Assembly: GCA_963674735.2 (NCBI GenBank) | Contig: CAXXQS010000002.1 | Coordinates: 1,952,001-2,016,000, forward strand | Direction: 5' to 3' | Source of the DNA: Myxococcota bacterium | GTDB lineage: Bacteria; Myxococcota_A; SURF-8 | Length of the DNA: 64,000 bases | Shown: one piece after another, positions 1 through 10,790 of the stretch | Position numbering within the stretch: the stretch's first letter is position 1 | How the letters are laid out: every line of letters begins with the position of its first letter | The notes under the pieces: generated by a model | Seen by the model: only the letters and a program-made list of their open reading frames with translations | What the model was told of the DNA's origin: nothing | The model's database searches: none | Position numbers and translations under genes: made by a program

Positions 1-300
1 TGGTGGGGGTGCAGGTTCCGCCGGAAATTTATCGTCGCATAGTTGCAATCCCGGCGGTTGAGGCGTCAAGCATTAAGCGGCGGTCGTCGCGAAAAGTTGG
101 TTTAAGACAGAGAAAGCGCTCGATCCCTCAGGCTTTCGATGGGTTTCGAGTGCTGTCCGTTGTTTCAAGAAGTAGCGTACGTATGGGTGTCTTGCTGGAA
201 GGGTGTTTGCTTTTAGCGTCGGTATCGTGAAGTCGGGGTGATCGGGTTATCTTCACACCGAAAACAGCGCGATATCGCGGGCGATTCCTTAAAGAAATGG

Positions 301-329
301 TTGACCGAATCTGTGTTTTCTGGTAGAAG
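301..329 (+). promoter_or_regulatory. putative sigma70 promoter for yajC-secDF
   Basis: TTGACC (301-306), 17-nt spacer, TGnTAGAAG (-10 at 324-329), about 70 nt upstream of yajC; the -10 match is imperfect. Confidence 0.4.
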
Positions 330-398
330 TAAGCACCCTGCGTCCGGACACGTGTGAATACCGGATAATCGGAGAGTTTTTAAAGGGTTAGGAGGGTT

Positions 399-740
399 TT
401 GGTGCCTACTGTCCAGCTCCTTAATTTGTTGATTGCGCAAGAAGCGCAGGCCACCGGGCCTGGCATGATGGACCTCGTCTTTCAAATCGGTCTGATCCTG
501 CTTATTTTCTATTTTCTGCTCATTCGTCCGCAGCAAAAACGGACCAAGCAACATCAGCGTTTGTTGAATGAGCTGAAACGCGACGATGAGGTTTTGACTT
601 CCGGCGGCATCTACGGGAAAATCACGGGATTGACCGAACAGGTGGTGACCTTGGAAGTGGCCCCCAACGTGCGCATTAAAGTGCAGCGAGCACAAATCAG
701 CGGTTTGAAAGCGACTGAGCAGTCCACCGAGAAAAAGTAG
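399..740 (+). CDS. yajC: preprotein translocase subunit YajC
   Basis: YFLLIRPQQKR...LKRDDEVLTSGGIYGKI motif; directly upstream of secD; GGAGG RBS at 391-395 (start TTG 399 or GTG 402). Confidence 0.95.
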   Translation: MVPTVQLLNLLIAQEAQATGPGMMDLVFQIGLILLIFYFLLIRPQQKRTKQHQRLLNELKRDDEVLTSGGIYGKITGLTEQVVTLEVAPNVRIKVQRAQISGLKATEQSTEKK

Positions 741-816
741 CACCGTCGCACCGAGCGTCGGATTGTGACCGTATGAGCGCGGCGGCTCTCGTCGCGGATT
801 CAAGGGAGTTTCATAT

Positions 817-2574
817 ATGGAACGGAAATGGTGGTGGAAAGTCGCCGTCGTCGCGACTTTTGTCGTGCTGGCCGTTATCTACCTGATTCCCACGTTGCTG
901 GGTGACGACCTCCCCGAATGGTATGAAGATATCATCAACAAAAGACTGAACCTGGGCCTCGATCTGCGTGGTGGCATCCACCTCGTTTTGGGAGTCGAAG
1001 TCGATAAGGCGGTTGTTGATTATGTCGATCGCCTCACCGAGGAAGTCGACCAGTACTGCGAAGAGGAAGATCTCGGCTGCGACCGGGTTACATCCGCCGA
1101 GGGTGAGCCGGTTTTGTATGTGCACTTCGATCAGGCCGAAGATCTGGAAGAAGCGAAAGAGCCTTTGAAGAGCTATTTGGGTAATATGACGCCCGAAACG
1201 GCTCCGGCGGACATGCCGCTGGTTCTGGCTTATCGCATCGAGGATGAATTCGCGCAGTCTCGCAAACGCTATGCCGTGTTGCAGGCAATCGAGACCCTGA
1301 GAAACCGGATCGATGAGATGGCGGTTCGCGAAGCGCTGGTGGCCAAGCAGGGTGAGAACTCCATTCTGATTCAAATTCCGGGTGTGAAAGATATCGAACG
1401 CGCCCGCAAAATGATCGGTCAAACCGCGCAACTCGAATTCAAAATCGTCGATGACAGCTATACCAAGCTCAATGAATTCAAAGACCAGCTGCCCGAGGGC
1501 TGGGAAATGCAGTACGAAAGCCGCAAGGATAAGAACGGAAACCTGGTGCGCACGCCTTACCTTGAAGCGATCAAGGATGAGGATGGTATCAATGTTGCGG
1601 CGATCCGTGCTTTCCTGGCCGACAAGATCGACGACGAGCACCAGATTCTGTTTGAAGAATTCGAAGACCCGAAGAAACTGGAAACGCGTCTGCGTAGCCA
1701 CAGTCTCTTCCGCAAGACCATGCTGACCGGCGATACGATCACCGACGCTCGGGTGAGTATCGATCAGCGTCAGAATCGTCCCTATGTTTCGCTCAATTTC
1801 GATCGGGCCGGTGCGAAGCAGTTCGGTAAAGTAACCGGCGATCACGTCCAACAGCGCATGGCTATCGTGCTCGACAACAAGGTCAAGTCGGCCCCGGTCA
1901 TTCAGACGGCGATTACCGGCGGACGCGCGATGATTACGCTCAATGCCCTGGAAAGTTACAACAAGCTGTTCCAGGAAGCCCAGGATTTGGCGGTTGTGCT
2001 GCGCGCCGGTGCCTTGCCTGCCCCGGTCAAGTTTGAAGAAACACGCACCGTCGGCCCGACGTTGGGACACGATTCGATCGAAAGCGGCAAGACCTCCATC
2101 TTGGTGGGCTTTGTCTTCGTCGTGATCTTCATGGTTATTTATTACCGGGCCGCCGGTTTGATCGCCGACCTGGCCTTGTTCCTCAATCTGCTGTTCATCA
2201 TGGCGGTTATGGCCGGTCTGGAAGCCACACTGACCTTGCCGGGCCTGGCGGGAATTGTGCTCACGATCGGTATGGCGGTGGATGCGAACGTCATTATATA
2301 TGAGCGCATTCGGGAGGAGCTACGTATCGGAAAGACACCCAAGGCGGCGGTCGAGAGCGGTTACGGCAAAGCTTTCTGGACGATTTTCGATGCGAATATC
2401 ACCACGGCTCTCGCCAGCTTCGTTTTGTGGAGTTACGGAACGGGGCCGGTAAAAGGTTTCGCCGTTACCCTGTTGGTTGGTATTGCCTGTTCGATGTTCA
2501 CTGCGATTGTTGTGACGCGACTGGTTTTCGATGTGATGACGCAAAAACGCGAATCGCAGACCCTTAGCATTTAG
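817..2574 (+). CDS. secD: protein translocase subunit SecD
   Basis: LGLDLRGG, LRAGALPAP, VGPTLG, IGMAVDANVIIYERIREE and DANITT motifs. Confidence 0.98.
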   Translation: MERKWWWKVAVVATFVVLAVIYLIPTLLGDDLPEWYEDIINKRLNLGLDLRGGIHLVLGVEVDKAVVDYVDRLTEEVDQYCEEEDLGCDRVTSAEGEPVLYVHFDQAEDLEEAKEPLKSYLGNMTPETAPADMPLVLAYRIEDEFAQSRKRYAVLQAIETLRNRIDEMAVREALVAKQGENSILIQIPGVKDIERARKMIGQTAQLEFKIVDDSYTKLNEFKDQLPEGWEMQYESRKDKNGNLVRTPYLEAIKDEDGINVAAIRAFLADKIDDEHQILFEEFEDPKKLETRLRSHSLFRKTMLTGDTITDARVSIDQRQNRPYVSLNFDRAGAKQFGKVTGDHVQQRMAIVLDNKVKSAPVIQTAITGGRAMITLNALESYNKLFQEAQDLAVVLRAGALPAPVKFEETRTVGPTLGHDSIESGKTSILVGFVFVVIFMVIYYRAAGLIADLALFLNLLFIMAVMAGLEATLTLPGLAGIVLTIGMAVDANVIIYERIREELRIGKTPKAAVESGYGKAFWTIFDANITTALASFVLWSYGTGPVKGFAVTLLVGIACSMFTAIVVTRLVFDVMTQKRESQTLSI

Positions 2575-2593
2575 TGCGGAGGAGTATATAACG

Positions 2594-3733
2594 ATGGAAT
2601 TCATCCGCCCCGACATAAATCTGCCTTTTATCCCAAACGCCAAGAAATTTCTTGTCGGTTCCGGCTTGGTTGTTCTTATTAGCTGGGCTTTGCTTTTGGC
2701 CCTCGGGCTCAACTACGGTATCGACTTCTCGGGTGGGACCGAGGTGCAGGTGTTGTTCAAGCAGGAAACGACGACCGGCGATATCCGCGATGCCATGACC
2801 GGCTTGAAGGGTATTTCGTCTGAGGTGCAGCGCTTCGGGCTCACCGAAGAAAACGAGTATCTGATCAAGTTGTCGGAGATTTCGTATATCGATGCAAATC
2901 GTGAGAAGGCTATTCAAGATGGTCTGTCTTCTGCCTACAGCGAGAAAGGATTTCGACGTTTCCACCATTCCACGGCCGGTGGCGACAAGATCGAATTCAC
3001 TTTGAACGAGAAAGTGGATGAAGCGAAGGTAAAAACGATTTTTGCCAATGCCGATTCGCCCTTGAATGAGTTGACCGTGACCGGATCCGAAGGTCGTTTC
3101 GTGTACCGTTGCGTCTTGGAAGGATTGGCCCCGCATATCTCTCAGGAGCTGGAAAAGCACTTTGGTAAAGACTCGTTTGAGATTCTGCGTCTCGACTCCG
3201 TTGGCCCGAAGGTGGGCGACCAGTTGAAGAAAAAAGGCATCCTGGCCATCGTGTATGCCCTGTTGGGAATCTTGATCTACATCGCCTTCCGCTTCGATGT
3301 GCGTTTTGCGCCGGGCGCGGTGGTTGCGTTGATCCACGATGTTTCCATCACCGCCGGTATCTTTGCAGTCTTGCGCATCGAATTCACCATTCCGACGATC
3401 GCGGCGCTTTTGACGATTGTCGGTTATTCGCTCAATGATACGATCGTGGTCTACGACCGCATACGCGAAAATATGTCGAAGGTGAAGGTGAAATCGATCG
3501 AGGATGTTGTCAATGAAAGCCTCAACCAGACGCTCAGCCGCACGATCCTGACATCGCTTACGACGCTTCTCGTGGTAACGTCCCTGATTGTCTTTGGCGG
3601 CGGAATCATTTTCGATTTTGCCCTGGCGCTTCTTATCGGTGTTGCGGTCGGAACCTACTCCTCGGTTTTCATCGCCTCGCCGATCATGATCTACATTTAC
3701 CGCTACCTCGAAAAACGCGCGGCTCACGCCTAG
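2594..3733 (+). CDS. secF: protein translocase subunit SecF
   Basis: GIDFSGG, VGPKVG, GYSLNDTIVVYDRIREN and GTYSSVFIASP motifs. Confidence 0.98.
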   Translation: MEFIRPDINLPFIPNAKKFLVGSGLVVLISWALLLALGLNYGIDFSGGTEVQVLFKQETTTGDIRDAMTGLKGISSEVQRFGLTEENEYLIKLSEISYIDANREKAIQDGLSSAYSEKGFRRFHHSTAGGDKIEFTLNEKVDEAKVKTIFANADSPLNELTVTGSEGRFVYRCVLEGLAPHISQELEKHFGKDSFEILRLDSVGPKVGDQLKKKGILAIVYALLGILIYIAFRFDVRFAPGAVVALIHDVSITAGIFAVLRIEFTIPTIAALLTIVGYSLNDTIVVYDRIRENMSKVKVKSIEDVVNESLNQTLSRTILTSLTTLLVVTSLIVFGGGIIFDFALALLIGVAVGTYSSVFIASPIMIYIYRYLEKRAAHA

Positions 3734-3755
3734 CCACCATGTGATGATCCAAATT

Positions 3756-3789
3756 AAAGCGCCTCCCCGGAAAAGGGAGGCGCTTTTTT
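3756..3789. terminator. bidirectional rho-independent terminator between secF and ftsZ
   Basis: AAAGCGCCTCCC-loop-GGGAGGCGCTTT inverted repeat followed by a T run, between convergent genes. Confidence 0.85.
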
Positions 3790-3816
3790 ATTGCGCAAGA
3801 TGCGAAGAACTTAGTT

Positions 3817-5124
3817 TCAACCTCGACTGCGGCGCAGGCTTTCGCGGCGGCGATAGGTGGGAATCGAGATCTGATCTTCAAAGAAATCCAGATCCAGAGC
3901 GCCGGGCAGTGTGGGCGCCGTCGCTTCCGCTTTCTGAACGCGGCTCAGTTCGGCCGGAATGGGCGGGGGCTGTTCGGCGTTTTGTTGACGGACGTCGGTT
4001 CGTTCGCGGCCTTTATGCCGTACCCAGGCCGGAATGTCGAGATTCTCCTGGAAGCTACGACGACGGCGAGCCCGTTCTACGCGTTCATTATCGGCCGGGG
4101 CTTGAAATCCGGTGGCTACCACGGTGACTTTCACCGAATCGCCCAGACTTTCGTCGATGACATAACCGAAGATGAAGTCGGCTTCCGGATCGGCGCTTTC
4201 CTGGATGAATCCGACCGCTTCGTCGACTTCCTGCAACGACAGGTTGCTGGAACCGGACACATTGACCAGCACTCCCTTCGCGCCCTTGATGTCCAGGTTG
4301 TCCAGAAGCGGCGAACTGATGGCTTGACGGGCGGCTTCGAGCGAACGTTCCGGTCCGCTGGCGCTGGCCGAACCCATGATGGCCATCCCCATATTCGCCA
4401 TGATCGCGCGCACGTCGGCGAAATCGACGTTGACGTAACCAGCCGTCGTAATCAAATCGCTGATTCCGCGTACGGCATTGACCAGCACGTCATCGGCACG
4501 TTTGAAGGCATCGACGATCCCGAGGTTGCTTTCTTCGAGTTCGAGCAATTTCTGATTCGGAATCACGATCAGCGTGTTGACGGATTCTTTCAGCGCTTCG
4601 ATACCCTGGTTGGCCATCTTTTCACGATTGCGTCCTTCGAAACGGAACGGCCGCGTGACGACACCGACTGTCAGGATGCCCATCTCAGTCGCTTTTCGGG
4701 CGATAATCGGAGCCGCCCCGGTGCCGGTTCCACCGCCCATGCCCGCCGTGATGAACAGCATGTCCACGTCGCGGATGTTTTCTTCGATAACGGCGACGGA
4801 TTCTTCGGCCGCTTTCATCCCTACGTTGGGGTTGCCGCCCGCGCCGAGCCCGCGTGTCAACTGTTCGCCGATCTGAACCTGAATGGGGACTTTCGACCGT
4901 TCCAGGGCCTGGATGTCGGTGTTGGCAATCATCAGGTTGACGTTTTCAACGTTTCGCTCAACCATCGTTCCGACGGCGTTGCCACCCGCGCCTCCGACAC
5001 CGACTACCGCCAATCGCGCAGCCTTATAGGTGTCGGCGTCGAAGTCGAACTTTAAAGGTTCTTGTCCGCTCATGTTTTGTTCCTCCTCGTTCCCGTTCCC
5101 GTTAAAATCGAAAAATTCTTTCAT
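3817..5124 (-). CDS. ftsZ: cell division protein FtsZ
   Basis: GVGGAGGNAV, GMGGGTGTGAAP tubulin signature, VNVDFADV. Confidence 0.99.
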   Translation of the reverse strand: MKEFFDFNGNGNEEEQNMSGQEPLKFDFDADTYKAARLAVVGVGGAGGNAVGTMVERNVENVNLMIANTDIQALERSKVPIQVQIGEQLTRGLGAGGNPNVGMKAAEESVAVIEENIRDVDMLFITAGMGGGTGTGAAPIIARKATEMGILTVGVVTRPFRFEGRNREKMANQGIEALKESVNTLIVIPNQKLLELEESNLGIVDAFKRADDVLVNAVRGISDLITTAGYVNVDFADVRAIMANMGMAIMGSASASGPERSLEAARQAISSPLLDNLDIKGAKGVLVNVSGSSNLSLQEVDEAVGFIQESADPEADFIFGYVIDESLGDSVKVTVVATGFQAPADNERVERARRRRSFQENLDIPAWVRHKGRERTDVRQQNAEQPPPIPAELSRVQKAEATAPTLPGALDLDFFEDQISIPTYRRRESLRRSRG

Positions 5125-5167
5125 TTCCCTTTTTCCGTTTATTTCCCGTATGAGTTTACGTATTCAA

Positions 5168-6390
5168 TCAAACAAAATCTTGAAACCAGGTTCGCACCCG
5201 ATCCATCATGCGTCGCATAAGGGGTTGACCGTTATGCAGATAAGCCGGAGCGTGTTTCGAGCCGTATAACAGCAGGCCAACCGCAGTGGCGTAGTTCGGA
5301 TTTTTGATCAAATCAACGAGACCCGCGAAACCCTGGGGCGCGGCACAGCGTACCGGGGCATCCATCAGCTCCTCGGCTAATTGTTCGATGCCATCGAGGT
5401 TGGTGACGCCTCCCGTGAGCACCACCCCCGCACCGAGGAGTTCTTCCAAACCGGTTTTGCGGATTTCCTTGTTGATCAAGGTCATGATTTCTTCGACACG
5501 CGCCTCCACGATGTCACACAACACCTGGCGCGACATCTGCTTGGTGTTGCCGGAACCGACCCGCGGGACATCGATGGAGTCGGCTTTATCGACGAGACAA
5601 CTCATGGCACAACCGTGTTCGCACTTGATCTTCTCGGCCGCGGCCATGGGCGTTCCCAAACCCACCGCGATGTCATGAGTGATGAATTCGCCACCCAGTG
5701 GCAAAACCGAGGTGTGGACCACGGAGCCCTTCAAATAAATGATGAGGTCGGCGGTGCCGCCTCCGATGTCAACCAGAGCCACTCCCAATTCTCGCTCGTC
5801 ATCGGTGAGGACCGCCTTGGCGGAGGACAGCGGCTCAAGTACGATGTCGGCGACGTTAAGGCGGCTTTATTGCAACTACGTACAATGTTTTGCGCGGAGG
5901 AAATGGCGCCGGTGACGATGTGGACTTTAGCTTCCAGGCGAATGCCGCTCATCCCGACCGGGATGTTGATCCCTTTTTGGCTGTCCACGATATATTCCTG
6001 GACAATGGTGTGCAACACCTTGCGGTCCATGGGAATCGCTACCGCTTTTGCCTGGTCCACTACCCGGTCAACATCCACGCGGGTGATTTCCTTACCTTTC
6101 ACCGCTACGATGCCATGGCTGTTGAAACCGCGAATGTGCTGACCGGCAATGCCGGTATAGACGCTGCTGATTTGGACGCCAGCCATCAGTTCGGCTTCTT
6201 GCACAGCACGTCGGATCGACTCGACGGTCGATTCGATGTCAGTGATGACACCATTCTGAAGGCCCTTCGAAGGATGGGTTCCCAGGCCGATCACTTCGAT
6301 AGTACCGTCTTCTTTCACTTCGCCGACAAGCGTTGCGATCTTGGTGGTCCCGATGTCGAGACCGACGATGATTTCCCCTTTGCGTGCCAT
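5168..6390 (-). pseudogene. ftsA: cell division protein FtsA with a 1-nt frameshift near 5862 (probably a sequence error)
   Basis: The N-half (GLDIGTTK..., ORF 5731-6390) and C-half (VDIGGGT...GGVT, ORF 5168-5788) are in different frames. Adding one G (AAA GCC G[G]C CTT AAC GTC) restores NKAGLNVADIVLEPLSSAKAVLTDDERELGVALVDIGGG. Confidence 0.9.
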
Positions 6391-6404
6391 GCATTCCTCC
6401 GCCG

Positions 6405-7280
6405 TTAGTATGGCTTGTTCTGTTCCGCGTTCCCGATTTCTTCTTCAATAGAGTCCGGCTTATCCAATCGAACGGAAATCCGTTCGGGTTGTTTACGGTT
6501 GTCGAGATGAATGACCTCGGCATTTTTCCCTTTGGCGCGAAGATATTTCAATAGTTTATTCGCGCGGTCGAGGGCTTCCTTCGTTCCGTTTTTTCCCATC
6601 ACCAGCGTGGTGGAAGGTTCGCCGACCGTTAGTTCCAAACCATTATGGTGAAAACGGGCGCTTTTTAGCGGGGCCAACATTGCCAGTGGATGGTTCCGAT
6701 AGACGGCCATCAATTCCAGAGAGCTTCGAACTTTGCTGCGTCCCAAATCCAACGGCTTGAAATCGTCTGCCGTCAGACCGTGAATAATGACGTAGTCGTT
6801 CGTGGCTTCGGGCGGTGCCACTTTAAACGGTGTGCCGTCTTGGTCGACGTAATACAGGCGGTCGAGCTGGACCAGTCCGACGGCTTGATATTCCTGCACT
6901 TCGATCAGAAGAGCATCGGGTAGGCGACGCGAAACGAGCGCCGATTTGATCCACGGATGCGACTCCACCTCAGCCGCGACTTTTTTAACATCGATATCAA
7001 AGATCGAAATACCCAGCTTGACCCGGCTGTAGTCGATGATTTCAGTCGTGCTGACCGTTTCAGCCTGGATGACATCGATCGTGCGTAGATCGAACCAGCG
7101 GCGTTCGTCCACCCAGACAGCCACTTCCTGCCAGATCATGAAAATGCCCACGAAAACGAGATAGATTCCAAATAACCGGACGATGCGCGCAAGGGGATGA
7201 TTGCGCCAGTCGTGGCTCTGAAAGCCTTCGTTGCGGCGTGTGTTGACACGCCTTTGATTTCCGGAGCGGCGAATGGCCAT
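6405..7280 (-). CDS. ftsQ: cell division protein FtsQ/DivIB
   Basis: single TM helix, POTRA-like PWIKSALVSRRLPDALLIEVQE; lies between ddl and ftsA. Confidence 0.9.
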   Translation of the reverse strand: MAIRRSGNQRRVNTRRNEGFQSHDWRNHPLARIVRLFGIYLVFVGIFMIWQEVAVWVDERRWFDLRTIDVIQAETVSTTEIIDYSRVKLGISIFDIDVKKVAAEVESHPWIKSALVSRRLPDALLIEVQEYQAVGLVQLDRLYYVDQDGTPFKVAPPEATNDYVIIHGLTADDFKPLDLGRSKVRSSLELMAVYRNHPLAMLAPLKSARFHHNGLELTVGEPSTTLVMGKNGTKEALDRANKLLKYLRAKGKNAEVIHLDNRKQPERISVRLDKPDSIEEEIGNAEQNKPY

Positions 7281-8242
7281 CAGTCGTCGTTCCTTTCAAT
7301 GGGCGGATGCAAATCCAATGACGCGGCCAGCAAAATGCGTTCCATCATGTCATCAAACGGGATGCCTTTCGCGGCCGCTGTCTTCGGAACCAGCGAATGC
7401 GAGGTCATCCCGGGTAGTGTGTTGAGTTCCAGAATCACCAAGCTCCCGTCGTCGCGTACGATCAGATCAACGCGTACCGCTCCTTGTCCGCGTACAACGG
7501 CGTTGGCACGTTCAGCCACTTGCAGGCACTCTGCATATTGGGAGGCGGGTAACGGAGCCGGATAAATATATTCAGTCGTATCCTCTAAATATTTAGCTGC
7601 GTAATCATAAAATTCGCCGGCTGGTTTGACCCAGATCGCTCCCAGGGCCTGCCCGTTGAGCAACGAAACCTGAATTTCACGGCCGGCGATGTAGGCCTCC
7701 ACCATCAAACGATCTTCGAGAGCCAAAGCTTTTTCGATCGCCGGGAGCAATTCTTCGGGTTGCTTGACGATGGAAATGCCGACAGAGGAACCGTCGGCGT
7801 TGGGTTTCACGACACACGGTAAGCCGAAGGGCAAATCACTTGCTTTCAAGGAGCGCGCTTCCTCGGCGTTGGCGAGGAAAATTGCCGGAGCCACCGGTAT
7901 CCCGGCGTCTTTGAAAATGATCTTGGCTTGGTATTTTTCCATGGCCAGTGCAGAACCGAAAACTTTAGCGCCGGTGTAGGGAATGCCCATAACTTCACAG
8001 AGGCCTTGGAGGCAGCCGTCCTCGCCCCATTTTCCATGTAAGGCGATGAAGGCGACGTCGATTTTCTCGGCGATCAGACGTGCGGGCAAGTCTCGGTCCT
8101 GGTCGATCAAAACGGCGTCGTAGCCGCGTTGAACGAGACCCCGGTGCACCGCTTGGCCGGTTTCGAGCGAGACGTCCCGCTCACTGGAGAGCCCTCCGTA
8201 AATAACCCCGATGCGTTTCTTTAAAAGGTCTTCTCGTTTCAT
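7280..8242 (-). CDS. ddl: D-alanine--D-alanine ligase
   Basis: GGLSSERDVS, LHGKWGEDG, GSSVG, YDYAAKY, ELNTLPGMT. Confidence 0.98.
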   Translation of the reverse strand: MKREDLLKKRIGVIYGGLSSERDVSLETGQAVHRGLVQRGYDAVLIDQDRDLPARLIAEKIDVAFIALHGKWGEDGCLQGLCEVMGIPYTGAKVFGSALAMEKYQAKIIFKDAGIPVAPAIFLANAEEARSLKASDLPFGLPCVVKPNADGSSVGISIVKQPEELLPAIEKALALEDRLMVEAYIAGREIQVSLLNGQALGAIWVKPAGEFYDYAAKYLEDTTEYIYPAPLPASQYAECLQVAERANAVVRGQGAVRVDLIVRDDGSLVILELNTLPGMTSHSLVPKTAAAKGIPFDDMMERILLAASLDLHPPIERNDD

Positions 8243-9657
8243 TGCCCGCTCTCTTTCCCGGTGATCGGAGCCAATAGCTCCAACACGCGGATCCCGACTT
8301 TTTTAACATCGCCCGCTCCGAGCGTGATAAACAAGTCGTTAGATCGCCGGTTGTCGAAAATCCACTGAGCGCAGTCCTCAAGCTCTGATACGTAATGCAC
8401 TTCCGGATGCCGAGCATGCCGTTTGATCGCTTTGAACATCGCCTCGGCCGTGATGCCGGGAATGGGCGCTTCGCTGGCCGGATAAATGTCGGTCACCAGA
8501 AGCACATCGGTTTCTTCGAAAGCGCTGACAAATTCGCCGAAAAGATCGCGTGTGCGGGTGTAGCGATGCGGCTGGAAGACGGCCACAACCCGATCGGCGT
8601 GACAGAGACGAGCGGCTGAAAGTGTGGCGCGGATCTCCGCCGGATGATGACCGTAGTCGTCCACCACAGTGACTCCGGCCGCCTGACCTTTTACCTGGAA
8701 GCGTCTGTCAATACCCCGGAAGCCTGCCAAGGCATCGGCGATGATGTTGAACGGCAGATCGAGTTCGGTGGCGCAGGCGATGGCCGCCAAGGCATTCAAC
8801 ACGTTATGGTGTCCCGGCAAGGTGACGCAGGCTGTCCCCAATTCGATTCCGCTACGCCAGACCTTGAAACGACTCTGCAAACCGTCGAATCGGATATCGG
8901 TTGCGCGGAAATCCGCATCGGCCGACTCACCATAGGTGACCGCTCGCCGGGTAACGCGCGGCAAAATCGCGCGTACCGTCGGGTGATCGCAGCACATGAC
9001 ATTGAGTCCGTAAAAAGGAACCCGATTGGCGAACGCGACGAACGCATCGATCAACGCTTCTTCGGTTTTATAATAATCGAGATGTTCCGGATCGATATTG
9101 GTGATAACCGTCATGATCGGTGTCAACTTGAGAAACGATCCGTCCGACTCATCTGCTTCGGCCACCATCAAACGTCCGGCCCCGGGGCGCGCGTTGGAGT
9201 CGAACGATTCGAGTCGTCCACCGACTACGCAGGTGGGATCTAATCCGGCTTCGGAACAAATCCAGGCCAATAGACTGGTCGTGGTGGTTTTGCCGTGTGA
9301 ACCGGCGATGGCGACGCCGTCTTTCATGCGCATCAGTTCGGCCAGCATCTCGGCGCGGGGAATAATGGGAATGCCGCGTTCTTGAGCGGCCTGCACTTCC
9401 GGGTTTTCGGTGGGGATGGCGGACGAATATACCAGCACATCCGCATCGCCGAGGTTCTCGGCAGCATGTCCGATAGCGGTCAATGCACCTTTTGCGCGCA
9501 GGCGTCGTAAAACGGCCGAATCGCGCATGTCCGATCCGGAAACGGCGAAACCCTGGGTTAGCAGGACTTCGGCGATTCCCGACATGCCGATGCCGCCCAG
9601 ACCCACAAAATGGACCCGTTTGATTTTGATTTTCAATACGCCGCTTTCATGCACCAT
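8239..9657 (-). CDS. murC: UDP-N-acetylmuramate--L-alanine ligase
   Basis: GLGGIGMSG, GSHGKTTTT, EADESDGSF, DDYGHHP, FQPHRYTRT. Confidence 0.98.
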   Translation of the reverse strand: MVHESGVLKIKIKRVHFVGLGGIGMSGIAEVLLTQGFAVSGSDMRDSAVLRRLRAKGALTAIGHAAENLGDADVLVYSSAIPTENPEVQAAQERGIPIIPRAEMLAELMRMKDGVAIAGSHGKTTTTSLLAWICSEAGLDPTCVVGGRLESFDSNARPGAGRLMVAEADESDGSFLKLTPIMTVITNIDPEHLDYYKTEEALIDAFVAFANRVPFYGLNVMCCDHPTVRAILPRVTRRAVTYGESADADFRATDIRFDGLQSRFKVWRSGIELGTACVTLPGHHNVLNALAAIACATELDLPFNIIADALAGFRGIDRRFQVKGQAAGVTVVDDYGHHPAEIRATLSAARLCHADRVVAVFQPHRYTRTRDLFGEFVSAFEETDVLLVTDIYPASEAPIPGITAEAMFKAIKRHARHPEVHYVSELEDCAQWIFDNRRSNDLFITLGAGDVKKVGIRVLELLAPITGKESGQ

Positions 9658-10790
9658 TATTGCCTCACAGGATGCTGTGGAATTTTGTCTGTTGAAGTCG
9701 GCCTGGTTTGTTCGCCGACCATGTCCAGTAGCATGTCCGCCACTTGATAGGCCGCATCGGGATGACCGACCTTCCGGGCGGCTTCGGCTTGTTGCGGTAA
9801 TAGCCGACGTTGTTCCAGGCGCTCACGGATAAACGCCACCAGTGTGTCCGCCGTCAGGTTGGCCTGCGAAATCATCCAGGCTGCACCCGCATAAACCAAT
9901 TCGGATGCATTGTGGGTCTGGTGGTCATCGGCAGCGGTCGGAAGTGGAATAAACAGAGCGGGGCGTCCCACCACCGCGAGCTCTGCACAGGTGGAGGCCC
10001 CGGCACGACAGACCACAAGATCGGCTTTAGCATAAGCCGACACGATGTTATCGATGAACGGCTCGACTTCACACTCAATCGAACTATTTTGGTAGGCGCT
10101 TCCCACCATTTTCCAATCGGGGATGCCGGTTTGATGATGAATGATCAATTGTTCGGCGATGTCGCTTAACTTGGGCAGCGCTTCGATCATGGCGATATTC
10201 AGGGCATGCGCCCCTTGGCTGCCGCCGGTGATCAGCAATCGCAATTTTCCATCGGAGGGTGGTGTGACTGCTTCAGCCGCTTTGCGCACGATCGTCGGTC
10301 GAACCGGGTTGCCGAGCCTTACCAGCTTGTGTTGGGGGAAATGGGTGGCGGCGCGGTTGAAATGGATGACCACGCGACGCACCAGGCGGCCGAGAACACG
10401 GTTGGTCACGCCCGGTAGCGAGTTCTGTTCGATGATAACGGTCGGAATGCGCAACATCCAGGCGGCCAGCACCACCGGACCCGAGGCGTAACCACCCACG
10501 CCCAAAACCAACTGAGGGCGTCGGTGTCTGATGATTCGAAGCGACTGCAAAAGACTCAACGGCAGTTTTGCGAGATTGACGAGCCGTTGCCACAGACCCA
10601 TGCGCTTCAATCCGCCTACCTGTATCAGGTCGAGCGGCAAGCCGAGTCGCGGTAAGACACGCGCTTCAAGACCGCGCTCCGTTCCGACGAAATGGATGGT
10701 ATGATCTCCGTGTTCCCGCAGGACATCCGCCACCGCAACACCGGAGAAGAGATGCCCGCCCGTTCCGCCACCGGCAATCAGGAGACGCAT
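9657..10790 (-). CDS. murG: undecaprenyldiphospho-muramoylpentapeptide beta-N-acetylglucosaminyltransferase
   Basis: MRLLIAGGGTGGH at ATG 10790 overlapping the ftsW stop (the ORF track over-extends it to 11189); GGYAS, GGSQGA, RAGASTCAE, DHQTHNA. Confidence 0.97.
   Translation of the reverse strand: MRLLIAGGGTGGHLFSGVAVADVLREHGDHTIHFVGTERGLEARVLPRLGLPLDLIQVGGLKRMGLWQRLVNLAKLPLSLLQSLRIIRHRRPQLVLGVGGYASGPVVLAAWMLRIPTVIIEQNSLPGVTNRVLGRLVRRVVIHFNRAATHFPQHKLVRLGNPVRPTIVRKAAEAVTPPSDGKLRLLITGGSQGAHALNIAMIEALPKLSDIAEQLIIHHQTGIPDWKMVGSAYQNSSIECEVEPFIDNIVSAYAKADLVVCRAGASTCAELAVVGRPALFIPLPTAADDHQTHNASELVYAGAAWMISQANLTADTLVAFIRERLEQRRLLPQQAEAARKVGHPDAAYQVADMLLDMVGEQTRPTSTDKIPQHPVRQ

Noticed and set aside
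1-40. TGGTGGGGG at the window start read as a tRNA CCA end on the minus strand
   Set aside because: No T-loop (TTCGA) at the required distance and no cloverleaf.
811-5055. Long antisense ORFs (811-2070, 2564-3727, 3982-5055) and similar shadow ORFs throughout the window
   Set aside because: They lie opposite well-conserved genes in GC-rich DNA and carry no motifs; they are typical codon-bias shadows.
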